This document shows, piece after piece, positions 51,573-64,000 of a stretch of DNA of 64,000 nt (positions are counted from its first letter, which is position 1; each line of letters starts with the position of its first letter). The stretch covers positions 99,262,001 to 99,326,000 of the forward strand of contig OX597822.1 of NCBI GenBank assembly GCA_951406725.2, written 5' to 3'. The position numbers and the translations under genes are program-made. The notes below the pieces were generated by a model, which did not search any database, was not told the origin of the DNA, and saw only the letters and a list, made by a program, of their open reading frames with translations. The stretch is from Octopus vulgaris (taxonomy: Eukaryota).

Positions 51573-54016
51573 GTATGCCATATTTCTTGATATTAGCCAC
51601 AGTAGTAACAGCATACTTCCAAAGTTGCCAATCAAATTATGGGTAACACTAGTAAATAAATGCAACCACTATCAGTATCAAATTGCGTATAATTTTTTCT
51701 TCTTTTTAAATAACAATCAAATAGCCATGCCTATGATCTTTATTAGAACCTCTGAGACTGACAGGAGGAAGATCTTGTCAGACAAGACACTCAAAACAAA
51801 TACTTGCAACAGAATGCTAATTCACTCAAAAAGCCACATGATGTTAAACAAGGGAATAGATGAAGAACAGGGGCAGTCCTTCAGAAGGGCTTCCACACAG
51901 CTTCTCCTCTTGCCAAATTCCACTCACAAGGCTTTGGTTGACCCAAGACTACAACAGAAGACAGTTGCCTAAGTTGCAGTACTAGACCAAACATAGTGAA
52001 CCTCTGAATCACAGTGAAACCTGGTGAATGTCTAATTGATTGATTATTAGCAGTAATCAATGATTATGAAACAATCATCATCAGGTGTGGCTGTGTGATA
52101 AGAAGTTTGCTTCCCAAACATGTGGTTCTGGGTTCAGTCCCACTGCATGGCACCTTGGGTAGTCTTGGGCTGACCAAAAGCCTTGTGGCTGGATTTGATA
52201 GACGGAAACTGAAAGAAGCCTGTTGTATGTATAAATGTATATATCTATGTGTGTCTGTCCCCCCCACCACTCCACTGCTTGACAACCACTGTTGGTGTGT
52301 TTATGTCCTTGTAACTTAGTGGTTCTTTAAAAGAGATCGATAGAGTAAGTACCAGGCTTAAATAACAAAAGAAGAACCAGGGTTGAAACATTTGACTAGA
52401 AATTCTTCAAAGTGGTGCCCCAGTATGGCCGCAGTCTAATGACTGAAACAAGTAAAAGATTTAACGTCCACTTTTCCATGCTTGTATGAGTCAGACAGAA
52501 TTTGATGAGGCAACACTTTTATGGCTGGATGCCCTTCCTGTTGCCAAACCCTCACCTGTTTCCAAGCAAGGTAATATTTTCCCATGACCAGACATGTTAG
52601 CCATAGAAAACTGGAAATGAATAACATAGCTTGTATGCTGGTGATGCTGGTGATGCTCATTTAAAGGCATCACATGCTGCTGAGACAAGGGTACACACCA
52701 ACACAAATACACATAAAAGCTTCTTTCAGTTTTAGTCTACGAATCCACTTACAAAGGCTACAGTTGGTCCAGGGTTATGATTAGGTTTAGGTATAACAAT
52801 ACTAATAATCACTTGTTAAACTAAATAATACCCATGCTTCAGAGCAAAGTGTCAGATAGGTAAAGAGCCTAATAGCAATAAATGAATGACAACAACACAG
52901 AAAAGGGAGTTACATAATCATTTTCATTAGTTTACAATTGTTTCTGCTATAAGTAAGAGTTGAGTGCTTGCACAGCATCTTATAGCTTCCTCAGAGTCAT
53001 TTAAATAGCTTTGTAAGCTAATGAATAAGATTACATGACTTCTATTCTTTTGTCATTCATTGATATATATTATACACACACACACATCTATACACATACA
53101 CACTCATACATATGTACACACATGTATGCACACGCACACATGTCGAGAATTCTAAGTAGAAATAAGTTCTTAACTCCAAATCACGCGACCAACTAAACTG
53201 TCAGATGCTGTTACACGTTGCTAGTCACAATGCGCTTTTGCATTGTTTTAACCTTCAAATGATGCCACCCCACTGTCTAGGCAAACAAGCCGACAGTCCC
53301 CACTGATTGAAAGGGGGACTGAAGCAACATGAAACAAAGTGTTTTGCTTAAGAACACAATGCACTGCCCGGTCTGGGAATTGGAACCATGATCTAGTGAC
53401 CGTGAGTCCAACAGCCTAACCACTAGGCTATGTGCCTTCACTTAACTCCATATATAAGTTACAATTATCTCATGTCATACTGCAAAAACCTTCGGGAAAG
53501 GCATGAGCATCATGCAAACTACTGTCCTGCATAGAGAAAAGACATATCTGTACTGACATACAGTAAAGAAAAAAAGCAATCAACGATTACACCTCAAGGA
53601 AGATTCATAGAAAATAATGAATACACATCTCCCTAAAGTCCAACCCCTCCTCAAAGTGGTAGGGTGGTGTAAACGGGCAGTGTCAGAGCTACGCCGTAGG
53701 GAACTTCGGTTCCTGGTAGGGTCACCCAAGGCGGATTCGTCTAGCACAGAGCAGTATTAGGGCTGCAGCCTGGCCATAATTCCTCATCTGTATATATCTT
53801 TTGCTTATTTTGGTCATTAAACTGTGACCATGTTGGGGCACTGGCATGAAAAATTTTTAGCCAAATGAATCGACCTTAGTACCCCACTTTTTTTTTTGTT
53901 AAAGCCTGGTACATTATTGCATTGGTGTCTTTTGCTGAACTGCTAAGTTACATGGATGTAAACAAACCAACACTGGTTGTCAAGCAGTGGTGGAGGACAA
54001 ACAGACATGCACATAA

Positions 54017-54072
<56 letters not shown>

Positions 54073-54277
54073 CAACAGGCTTCTTTCAGTTTCCATCCAT
54101 CAATTAAATCGACTCGGAAAGCTTTGGTTGGCCTGAGGCTATAGTAGAAGACACTTGCCCAGATGCCACACAATGGGACTGAACCAAGAATCCTGTGGCT
54201 AGGAAGTAAACTTCTTTCCACACAGCCATGCCTGCGCCTAAACACACACATATATGTGTATATACACATGTGGGTGG

Positions 54278-54310
<33 letters not shown>

Positions 54311-55564
54311 GATATATAGATACATACACACACACCCTTGGCTTGAAAAGTAGCCCACGGCATACACCTCACTTGGAGGTACCGCTTGCTATGAAACATC
54401 TGTAGCTCGGACTTTATCTACTCCATTCTTTAACTCTTGGGATTTTTATTCACGTACCTGGCAACAAACTGTGAAATTAATTTTTTCAGCTTATTGTACT
54501 TTGATACGGGCAAAATTCACAACCTTCCACCCCAATAATTCATTATTATTGTTCTTGAAAGTTGTTTTTTTTTTAAATATTTTCTATGGATTGCTTGAGG
54601 CTCACTTTCTTACTGCACCTCGATCCTTGGATCTTACATTTATATATATATATATATATATATACATTATATATATATATATGAAAGAATAATGTGTCTG
54701 TGTGTAGGTGTACACATATACCTCCTTTTCTCCACATGTACAAATTCTATTCCAAAGAACGTTATTAATAGGATACTGCAACTAGTGAATATATGTAGCA
54801 ACGATAATAGATTAACAACACTTGTGGTGCGAATCTTCTTGATAAGTGGTTAACAGTATCTGTATGACTCATTCATTACAACTTCCAGCAACACACATAC
54901 ATTATATATTGTGTGTATGTGTGAATGCTATCGTATTCCTTTATCGGATGGAGCAAATATTCTAGTGAAATAAAAGTACATTTTGTACACACACACATAT
55001 ACTAGATATACAGTTACGTAGCGATCAATGTGGCCGAACAAAGCAGGTTACAAGCAATGGCAAGCAGTCATGACAAACAGTGAAAAGAACAAACAGGCAA
55101 ACATATGAATATGACTGAGCATAGATATAGTGCTGAGATGGCAATCATTGATAAATAAGATTATTTCTCTACTACTTATAAATCAATGAAATGAATTAGC
55201 TTGAAAAATAGAAGAAATTTATTCTTAAGTGGACAAACGGACATACATTATTTTTTCGGAAAATTGGATCTTGAATAGAGTATAATTAATAGGTTAAAAA
55301 TAAAAACCCCTCTGATAGAATATGTCGAAGGTCGCATGTAGGGCTTCAATTTCTTGTATCCAAAGAGGTTTTTTTAACCCAATATTGACATGCTATTATT
55401 TATAGCCACAGGAGTGGCTGTGTGGTAAGTAGCTTGCTTACCAACCACATGGTTCCGGGTTCAGTCACACTGCATGGCACCTTAGGCAAGTGTCTTCTAC
55501 TATAGCCTCGGGCCGACCAAAGCCTTGTGAGTGGATTTGGTAAACGGAAATTGAAAGCCCCATC

Positions 55565-55604
<40 letters not shown>

Positions 55605-57098
55605 GTTTGTGTTTCTGTGTTTGTCCCACCAACATCAGTTGACAACAGATGCTGGTGTGTTTATGTCACCGTCACTTAGTGGTTCAGCAAGAGAGGCCGA
55701 TAGGAACAAATAAAAGAATGAAGCTCTATCATCTGCTTTGAGAGTCACTTGAGGTTTAGAAATTCTTGTGAGTGTGTGTGACTATCTTTTAAATTTGTCA
55801 GTGGGAAATTGTTTTGAATATGCAAATAAAGCTCCTATTCCATTATGCCCATCACAGTGGAACCAGATTTTTGGGGTTGCACTGAGCTGTACCAATATAA
55901 CGTAGGATAAATATAGTAATAATAACAATGATTCTTGGAGGGAATTTATAAATATTTTAATACATCTCTACATGCATTTCCACAAATCACAGTTCCTATT
56001 CCTGGGATGATTACAGTGTGGTCCATAACCTCCATGACCATTGAGTAGGTCATCTTCATGGAGTCATATTACGTGTGTATACATGTGTATATATGTGTAT
56101 AGCTTATTGTTCTGTTAAGGTAAGATCAACAAAAAAATGTACTCCATCAAGTGAGAGATAAATATCATTTAATGTGTTATAAAATTGTTTGGGAACACAA
56201 AGCATGTTATAAAACCCGCCTAGACCCATATCTTCAAAACAAAAAACTACTAGTAGCTCATATCTTTATAGTGTGTGTGTGTGTGTGTCTATCTATCTAT
56301 CTATATATATCTATATATATATATATATATATAAATTTGATAAGTATTCACTTAAACCAAATTTATTCACTGCTGAATTATTTTGGTTCTTCACACGTGG
56401 CTGAGATGGACAAACTAGAATTTTTAACTTGTATATAAGTATGAACATTTGTATATGCACTGTGGATATGTTGTGTTCATGTGGTATGTACAGATATTTA
56501 TAAATATGTACATTCGGTTATGTCACACTCAGGACGGTAAAGTGGTATTACATCGTTAAACCAGAAATCGATCTATGGCTAAACTTTTTTAAAAAAATCT
56601 TTTTTATTCATTCCCTCACTTTCAGCATGTACTTATGTGATAAATGAAGTAGTTTAGAGCCATTTGGCATCTTCTTCTAGCATGTGGCATTACTTGGTAG
56701 TTGCCCTTTTTATAATTTTATAATCATATTTATAAAATTATATACTTTATATATATATATATATATCATTACACACACACATTGTATTTATATATTATAT
56801 TCCTTGGGCAAGTGTCTTCTATTATAACCTTGTTTTGACCAAAGGCTTGTGAGGGGATTTGCAAGGCAGACACTGAAAGAAGCCTGTTGTATGTGTTTGT
56901 ATCCTAGTATCATCATGTGATAACTGTAAATGAGCATCAGTCATACAAGCTATATGGTTTTTTTCCAGTCTTGGAAACAGATAAGGATTGGCAACAGGAG
57001 GAGCATCCAACAGCAGCAGAAAATCTACCACAACAAATTCCATCTTACACATGAAAGCACAGAAAAATGGACATTAAAATGGTTATTATATATACATA

Positions 57099-57365
57099 CT
57101 AGCAGAGGCACCCGGCGTTGCCATGGAAGAAATTGTCCATTATATATTGGAAGAAAAATGCAAAATATCTTGTATAGAAATTTGTTATTCTAAATTCAAT
57201 TTTTTCTTCAATTGTGGGATACAATTTATTCTTCAACTGGGAAATCAATTCTGAATTCATAATACAAAAAAAAAGAACCAAAAGAAAAACACTTTTATGA
57301 AATGAGATAAATTCTATCATATATTTTGAAAGAAATTAAGAATCTGTTTTTTTTTATATATACCA
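57099..57365 (-). mobile_element. Probable non-autonomous Helitron (3' end clear, 5' end uncertain)
   Basis: The minus strand ends ccatggcaacgccgggtgcctctgCTAG|T, similar to the 3' end of the 7104 element. Confidence 0.55.
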
Positions 57366-58656
57366 AAGTGACATCCATCTTGGCCAAATACACAGATTAA
57401 TGGATACTGGAGTGCATCATATGATCGGTGGGTTGCATTTATCTGCTGAATCTTATGTACTGTGCATGTGTGCATATATATTGCATAGATAAATATAATA
57501 CATATGTATATATATTATATAGATGTGTTGTCTATAAACATTATATACATATCTTTGTGCATATATTTGATAAAAAAGGATCAAGAAAGGATTGAAGTAT
57601 ATTTAAATGAAGCATGCCACATTTACTGGCTAGACAGAATGAGGCAAATCAGATAGTTAAGAAATTCAGCATCATAGAATATAATGCACTAATGAAGGGC
57701 GATTCACTAGTTTCATAGTTCACAACTGTAACAGTATCCGTGTCATAAAACATAATTAAAATAGACAAATAAGATATCTGGTACTTCTACAATTGATTCA
57801 TTAAGAATTTTTATTGTGACATAAACATGGTAAAGACAAATGTGCAGTATGCACAACATCTCTAAAGTTATGTAATATGTTATGCAACTCTCAACTCATC
57901 AGGTTTACCAAATAAGCAATGTTCATTGAACAACAGCTCATCAGTATACATTACAACAAAAGCCATAACAAAAACAATTGTAGCAGCACCGCACCAGATA
58001 ACCCCTTCACTGTTTTTATTATATGTGTGTGTGTGTATGCATGTATACACACACAATACATATGCTTTCTACCATCCATATTGCACAGCCAGTTATTATT
58101 ACCTTGTTCCTGAACCACTCCTATTTCTTGCACACATACACTGTCACCACCAAAAACAAAAATCTCCCTCATATTTTCCATTGATCATGCCACCACCCTT
58201 GCACTAGATTCAAGTCCATCTCTAAACAATGCCTAAACAATATTGCTGCTCTCCACCCTTTTCTACACTGTCACTTATCCCCTTCTCTTTCCTGAGCCAC
58301 TCCTATTTCTTTCACCTCCAACCCCCACCGGCCAAGCATTTACCACTGACCACACCTTCACCCTTATTCACCATTCAAATCATTCACTTCTACATCCAAG
58401 CAATGCCACAATAATATATTTCATCTAACCCATGCTAGCACAGAAAAATGTACATAAAAATAATGACCAAACAAATATAATATCAAGAAATGAAACATAT
58501 GTGAGTATAACAGCACTGGGGTGTTTCAGAGTTAACATTGTGACTCCTCCACAATGTATTTCTTTGTTTCGATACTTGATTCCAGATCAATTGACTTGCT
58601 AAGCAAGTAATTTACTCTGTAGCTTGCTCTGAAAGTAACATATGATACATGCAAAG

Positions 58657-59062
58657 GGGATCTTTTCGGTTTGAACGGCATTTTTAAAAAATAATTTCCA
58701 CGTAACTAAACACTTTTAAACTTCGTATACCGGTAGAATGTGTTTATAAAACATCTTTTTCTCTTGGCTTTATTGGGGAAATTCTGTAGTTTGTAAGATA
58801 TTTGTTGTTTCTTTTTCTTCAATTTCTGCAATTTCAACCAATCAATGACGTCTATTGAGGTGAAAACATTCTCTGTTGTATGAAAATGTCCCTCGTTTAA
58901 GAAACAGATTGGGTTTATTTACATTTCTGAAGAAAAAAGATACCCTTCCCCTAACCCTAACACAGATTGAAATGCAATAGATCGATACTAGGGTCATAAT
59001 TATGGGTGACAATTTCATATGACAACGCTAGGAAAAACTGCCGTTCAAACCGAAAAGATCCC
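58657..59062. mobile_element. TIR element (MITE), inverted copy of 33243-33657
   Basis: TIRs gggatcttttcggtttgaacggca / tgccgttcaaaccgaaaagatccc. Flanks gcaaag/gcaaaa. Internal ccctaaccctaa. Confidence 0.85.
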
Positions 59063-59123
59063 GCAAAAGCACATACACAGAGTATAAAGAAAACAAAATA
59101 CGTAAATGATTAGAGTTACTCAC

Positions 59124-59248
59124 CGGCCAGTTCTGACCATAAACAAAAATATGGCTTCTGGCAATATCTACACGATCCCATGTCAAGGTGAGACTGAGTT
59201 GGTCAGGTGCACTAGCTCCAGAATCTTTGCTAGGGTAGCTTATCACAG
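59124..59248 (-). CDS. TRPM3: TRPM1/3-like channel, first exon visible in window ([42 protein letters not shown])
   Basis: Translation matches the TRPM3 segment [31 protein letters not shown]. Acceptor ttttcccaacAG (phase 1) and donor CCG|GTGAGT (phase 0). The 5' boundary is less certain than the 3'. Confidence 0.9.
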
Positions 59249-62200
59249 CTGTTGGGAAAAAATATATTAAAATGAAACCAGAATAAAATAAAATACAAAG
59301 TAATCAATAAAACAGAGAATACTTAACCCTTTTGATACCAAACTAAGATTAGTCCTGTTCTATGAGACACAATGTTTAATCTTTAATCCATCAGCATTTA
59401 ATCTGGCCATATCCAGTGCAAATATTTTACCTGTTTTAAATTAAAACTAGCCAGAAGCAGCCTCACACACCTACCCTACAATGTCCTTCTAAAAACAAAC
59501 CGTTACATCATCAAAATCTCAAGGCTTTGAGGTAATGCATGATTACTTCAAAACAAAACGAATAAATAAGCATTGCATTGCATGCTGAAGGTTTAAACCA
59601 CAGGAAAAGGTTTCAAATATGTGTGCACCAAATGGGCAAAAAACAAAAAAAAAAGATATCTTTTTCTTAAGGATAGTTTTTATGCTTATTTTCACTTTAA
59701 TTAGTATGAAACACAAAATTTACATTCTCATTGGAAAGTGCATTAAAACATTCACTTTCCTTTGGCCATATCCAATGAAAGAATTATTGAAACATCAATT
59801 GATGATGTTCATTGTTTAAGGGTTGGAGTGATTTAAATTAAATCCTTCCACCAAAATTTCATGTTTACATCACAAATATCAATTTAATAATGACAAAGTT
59901 TACTAAAATCTTTGTCATTTTACTCTTACTTGTTTCAGTCATTTGACTGTGGCCATGCTGGAGTACCGCCTTTAGTCAAGCAAATTGACCCCCAGGACTT
60001 ATTCTTTGCAAGCCTAGTACTTATACTATCAGTTTCTTTTGTCAAACTGCTAAGTTATGGGGATGTAAACACACCAGCATCGGTTGTCAAGCAATGTTGG
60101 GGGCACAAACAAAGACACACAAACTTATACACACATGCATACATACATATATACGACGGGCTTCTTCCAGTTTCTGTCTACCAAATCCACTCACAAGGCT
60201 TTGGTTGGCCCAAGGCTATAGTAGAAGACACTTGCCCAAGGTGTCATGCAGTGTGACTGAAGCCGTGACTGAACCATGTGGTTCGTAAGCAAGCTACTTA
60301 CCACATAGCCACTCCTATGCCTATTAATTGCAAAAAAGACATTCTATTTTATCAGAAATATGGTAACAAAAGGATTAAAGTGATCTCAAAACTTTCCATT
60401 AAAATTTCATGCCAATTTATTTTCCAAACACCAGCTTAATAATGACTAAATCTTCACTTGTTTATTATTGTTCTTATATCATCTTATGTCCATTGTCTTA
60501 AAATCCTTTGTCACACATCTGTGACCTCTTCAGTGACTCTTCCATTCCATGTGAGATGGAAGCGGTCACGGATTTGTGATGAAAGGTTTCCAGACAATGG
60601 ACCTAAGAAAAAAATAAGAACAATACTAAATAACAAATTGAAACAAAGGCAGTCTATTTCAACAAAAATATGGTAAGAAAAGGGTTAAAGCACACAAATA
60701 CAGAACTGAAATTTATAATGGAGATTTCATTTGGTATAGTTTCATGGGGAATAAATATTTAAAAAAGATAATAAAGTCATCAAAAAAGCAAAGAATATCT
60801 GGACTATAAAATACAAAATTGAAATTTAAAATTGAGATTTTTCTCAAGTAAAGTCTCTTTAAAAACAAATAAAAATTCTACACATGACTAACATAAACAT
60901 AATAAAAACCGTGAGTATTGTAAAAATTCCATGATATATGGAAATGTCAGGTCTATTATGCAAGACAACCCTTAAAAAGAAAATAAAAAGAACAAAACAA
61001 AATATGTTTGACATTTAGTTGTTATCTCTTGAACCAAATATTGAGGAATTAACTTTCACTTTCACTATAACATGAATGATAAAGTAAAATCCTGTGTGAT
61101 TCAATGATGTTTATCAACAATTTTTCTCACTTTATTCATACCACTCCTGTTTCTCCACCAGCTTCCCATTAAGGAAATGTACATCCAGAAATCTTAATGC
61201 ACAAGGATGGAAAACAAATTATTGCAATTCTTTTTCATCATCATCGTTTTGTAATGTTTGCTTTTTCATGCTTGCATCGGTTGGATGGAGTTTATTGAGG
61301 CAGGTTTTCTAAAATCAGATGCCTTGCCTGTTACCAATCCTCATTTGTTTCAAAATAAGGTAATATTTCTCCATGGTAGAACATGGTTATGTGGAAGATT
61401 CAAAATGAATGACACTGCTTGTATGACAAGTTAGTGAAGATGCCAACGACCGCTCGGTTCAAAGTCTCTCTTGACCAGAAATGGCCTGAACTCTTGCATG
61501 AACACCCTCCCTGTACATAACTCCATGTCCCCCTACATGGCCTTGCTTTTGCTTTTTGAGCCAAAAAATTAACTTAACTCATTTACAACTATCATGCAAT
61601 GCCAAAACAAAGACAAACACACATACATGGTGGGCTTCTCTCAATTTCCATCTATCAAATCAGCTTGGAGTTATAGTAGAAGACACTTCCCAAGATGCCA
61701 TAAAGTGAGACAGAACCAGAAACCACATAGTAGGGAAACAGATTTCTTGACCATATTTAGCATCCACATAAAATTCAGAAAGAATTTCTTTAAAATATTT
61801 ACAATTTAAAATATTTAGCAAAGAGACATTCAAAGGTTTTTCCCTGTTCCTACTCAACACTTCAATGTGCAATTGTAGTGCATTGGCATAATTGTTTACA
61901 GGGATGGATAAAATGCTTTGTAGCATTTATTCCAGCGTTTTACATTCTGAGTTCAAACATCACCAAAGGCAACATTCATTAACTCTTCCTGGGTCAGATA
62001 AATTGCTTTGTATTTGTTTCAGCTCTACATTCTGAGTTCAAATCATGCAGGAGTCAACTCTGCCTTTCTCCAGAGAATGGCAAAATTTTAATGACTTCTC
62101 ATGAGTCAATAAAATAAAGTAGCAATCATGTACAATGGTTAATAGAAGTGACTAAGACCAATCTAATCTCCTTGAAACTGCTCACCTTATACTTAACTTA

Positions 62201-64000
62201 GAATGAATTACTGACCACTGAGCAGAATATGTGTTTGGCATGGTAGGTAAAGACTGATGGAATTCACACCTTTCTGAGGTCAATTTCATATCATACTCCT
62301 AGGAAGCCAATAAAAAACATATGTAATTGGCAAGTTTGCTTCCAAGTCATATGGTTTTGGGTTCAGTCCCACCATGTGACACCTGGCATAAATAAGTGCC
62401 TTCCATTATACTTCTAGGGTGGACCAAAGTCTTGTGAGTGGATCTGGTAGACAGAAACCGAAGGAAGCCCATCGTGTGAGTGTGTTTCTTTGCCTTGACA
62501 GCACGTGATAGTTGTAAACAAGTGCCACTGTCATATAAGCAGTGTCATTCATTTCCAGTTTTCTGTGAAAACATTGTCTGGCCATGGGGGAAACATTACC
62601 TTTCTTAAAAAAAAGTGAGGGTTAGTGACAAAAAGAGCATTTAGCCATAGAAAATTCATCTCAGCCAATTGTATCCCACCCATGCAAGCATAGAAAAGTG
62701 GATGATGATGATGATGATGATGATGAAATTCAGACACAGTACATTTCTTTAAAACAAAAATTCCTGTACTTAAGATAGACACTATTAATTCAATAATGCG
62801 TTTCTTTTGATTTGCTTTGTCAGAAATCTATATTAACACTTCAGTCACTTATGATGTTCCTCTTTTTCTTTTCTATCATTGCATGGCTTTAAGTACCTGT
62901 GACCATTCCTTCTTTTCTTCCATTCCATTTAATGTTGTTACTTAAGTGACCACAAGAACACGTCATTCAAAATGAATGGAAAGACAACCAGAGGCAATTC
63001 TTGCTAAAACTATACACAGCACTGCCATCGTTATTCTAATGACTCATACTTCCGCAACATGAATAACTACACTTGTCTGCTCTACCTACCCACTTTTCTT
63101 TTAAACTAACATTTCCTTTCAATTCGTATAGGTGCTTCAAGCATTTTATACCCACCTACCTATCTATCTATCTATCAACCTATCTATCTATCTACCTATC
63201 TACTCATCTCTCTTTCACTTTATGTGTATATTTTATACATACACACACACACATATAATCACTGAATGTCCATTTTTCCATGCTGGCACGGTTCAAAGAG
63301 AATTTGTGGAGGTAGTTTTCTATGGTCGGTTGCCCTTCTAGTTGCCAAACCTCACTTGTTTCCAAGAAAGGCAATATTTCCCCATGACCAGACATACTTT
63401 CATAGAAGACTGGACACAAATAACACCATTTGCATGATGGTGACAATCGTATACAACCATCGTATGTTGTCAAGCCAAGGAAGCAAAAGCATACAAACAC
63501 ACACACATATTCTTTCAGTTTCTGTTTACCAACTCAACTAACAAGACTTTGTACAAAATAGGGCTTTAGTAGATGTTTGTCTAAAATGCCATGCTGTGGG
63601 ACTGAACATAAGACCATTAAGCTGGGAAGGGAACTTCATCCCACAGCCATATCTGTGCCTCCACTCTCCCTCGTTCTGTTTCCCACCTTCACCCTGGTTA
63701 CTGCTATTCTTTCTTTATACAACTCCTTAATGTTAAGAAACCTGTTCTGCTGGGGTCCCTTCTCTCATAATTCAACCTTTCATCTCTTAGCATGAAGCTG
63801 CCTCTTTCGAGGCTTATAGTCATGTAAGCTTTATGGTAACCTCACCAGTGCTGGCATCATGAACAAAACCATTCAGTACCCTATGTGAAATACTAGGAAG
63901 GGTATCCAACAGCAGAAACCATACCAAAGCAGATGGTGGAGCACAATGCAGTCCTCAGACCCATCAGATCCTGTAAAACCAAGGTGCCAAGCTGGCAGAA

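Noticed and set aside
54690-55400. Additional Helitrons
   Set aside because: CTAG ends and Helitron-like composition are present, but no convincing subterminal hairpin or 5' TC boundary could be fixed.
43484-59123. miR-204/211 hairpin as found in vertebrate TRPM3/TRPM1 introns
   Set aside because: No UUCCCUUUGUCAUCCU-like sequence was seen on the minus strand by eye.
61120-61200. Upstream TRPM exon
   Set aside because: A donor-like GTATGA is present, but no frame resembles the expected DLAILTALLK segment. That exon probably lies beyond 64000.

Overview
AT-rich, repeat-dense animal genomic DNA. The SINE/LINE families look like those of an octopus or other coleoid cephalopod (inference from repeat content). 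The window lies inside one large minus-strand gene encoding a TRPM1/3-type cation channel. Six exons (712 nt; introns 2.7-18.3 kb) splice in frame and encode part of the N-terminal melastatin-homology region; both gene ends lie outside the window. The introns hold a 5'-truncated but nearly intact antisense RTE LINE, remnants of CR1, CRE-like, R4-like and RTE-X-like retroelements, Tc1/mariner relics, Helitrons, MITEs, three tRNA-derived SINE families and many microsatellites. The main points of interest are: (1) a 352-nt direct-repeat unit with a minimal hammerhead-ribozyme-like motif on a long rod-like hairpin, plus several more hammerhead-like relics; (2) overlapping GC/GT donors in different phases and three candidate extra TRPM exons; (3) a near-perfect 170-nt palindrome and inverted SINE/MITE pairs around exons that could be dsRNA/ADAR substrates. 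Most short ORFs in the supplied track are repeat-derived noise.
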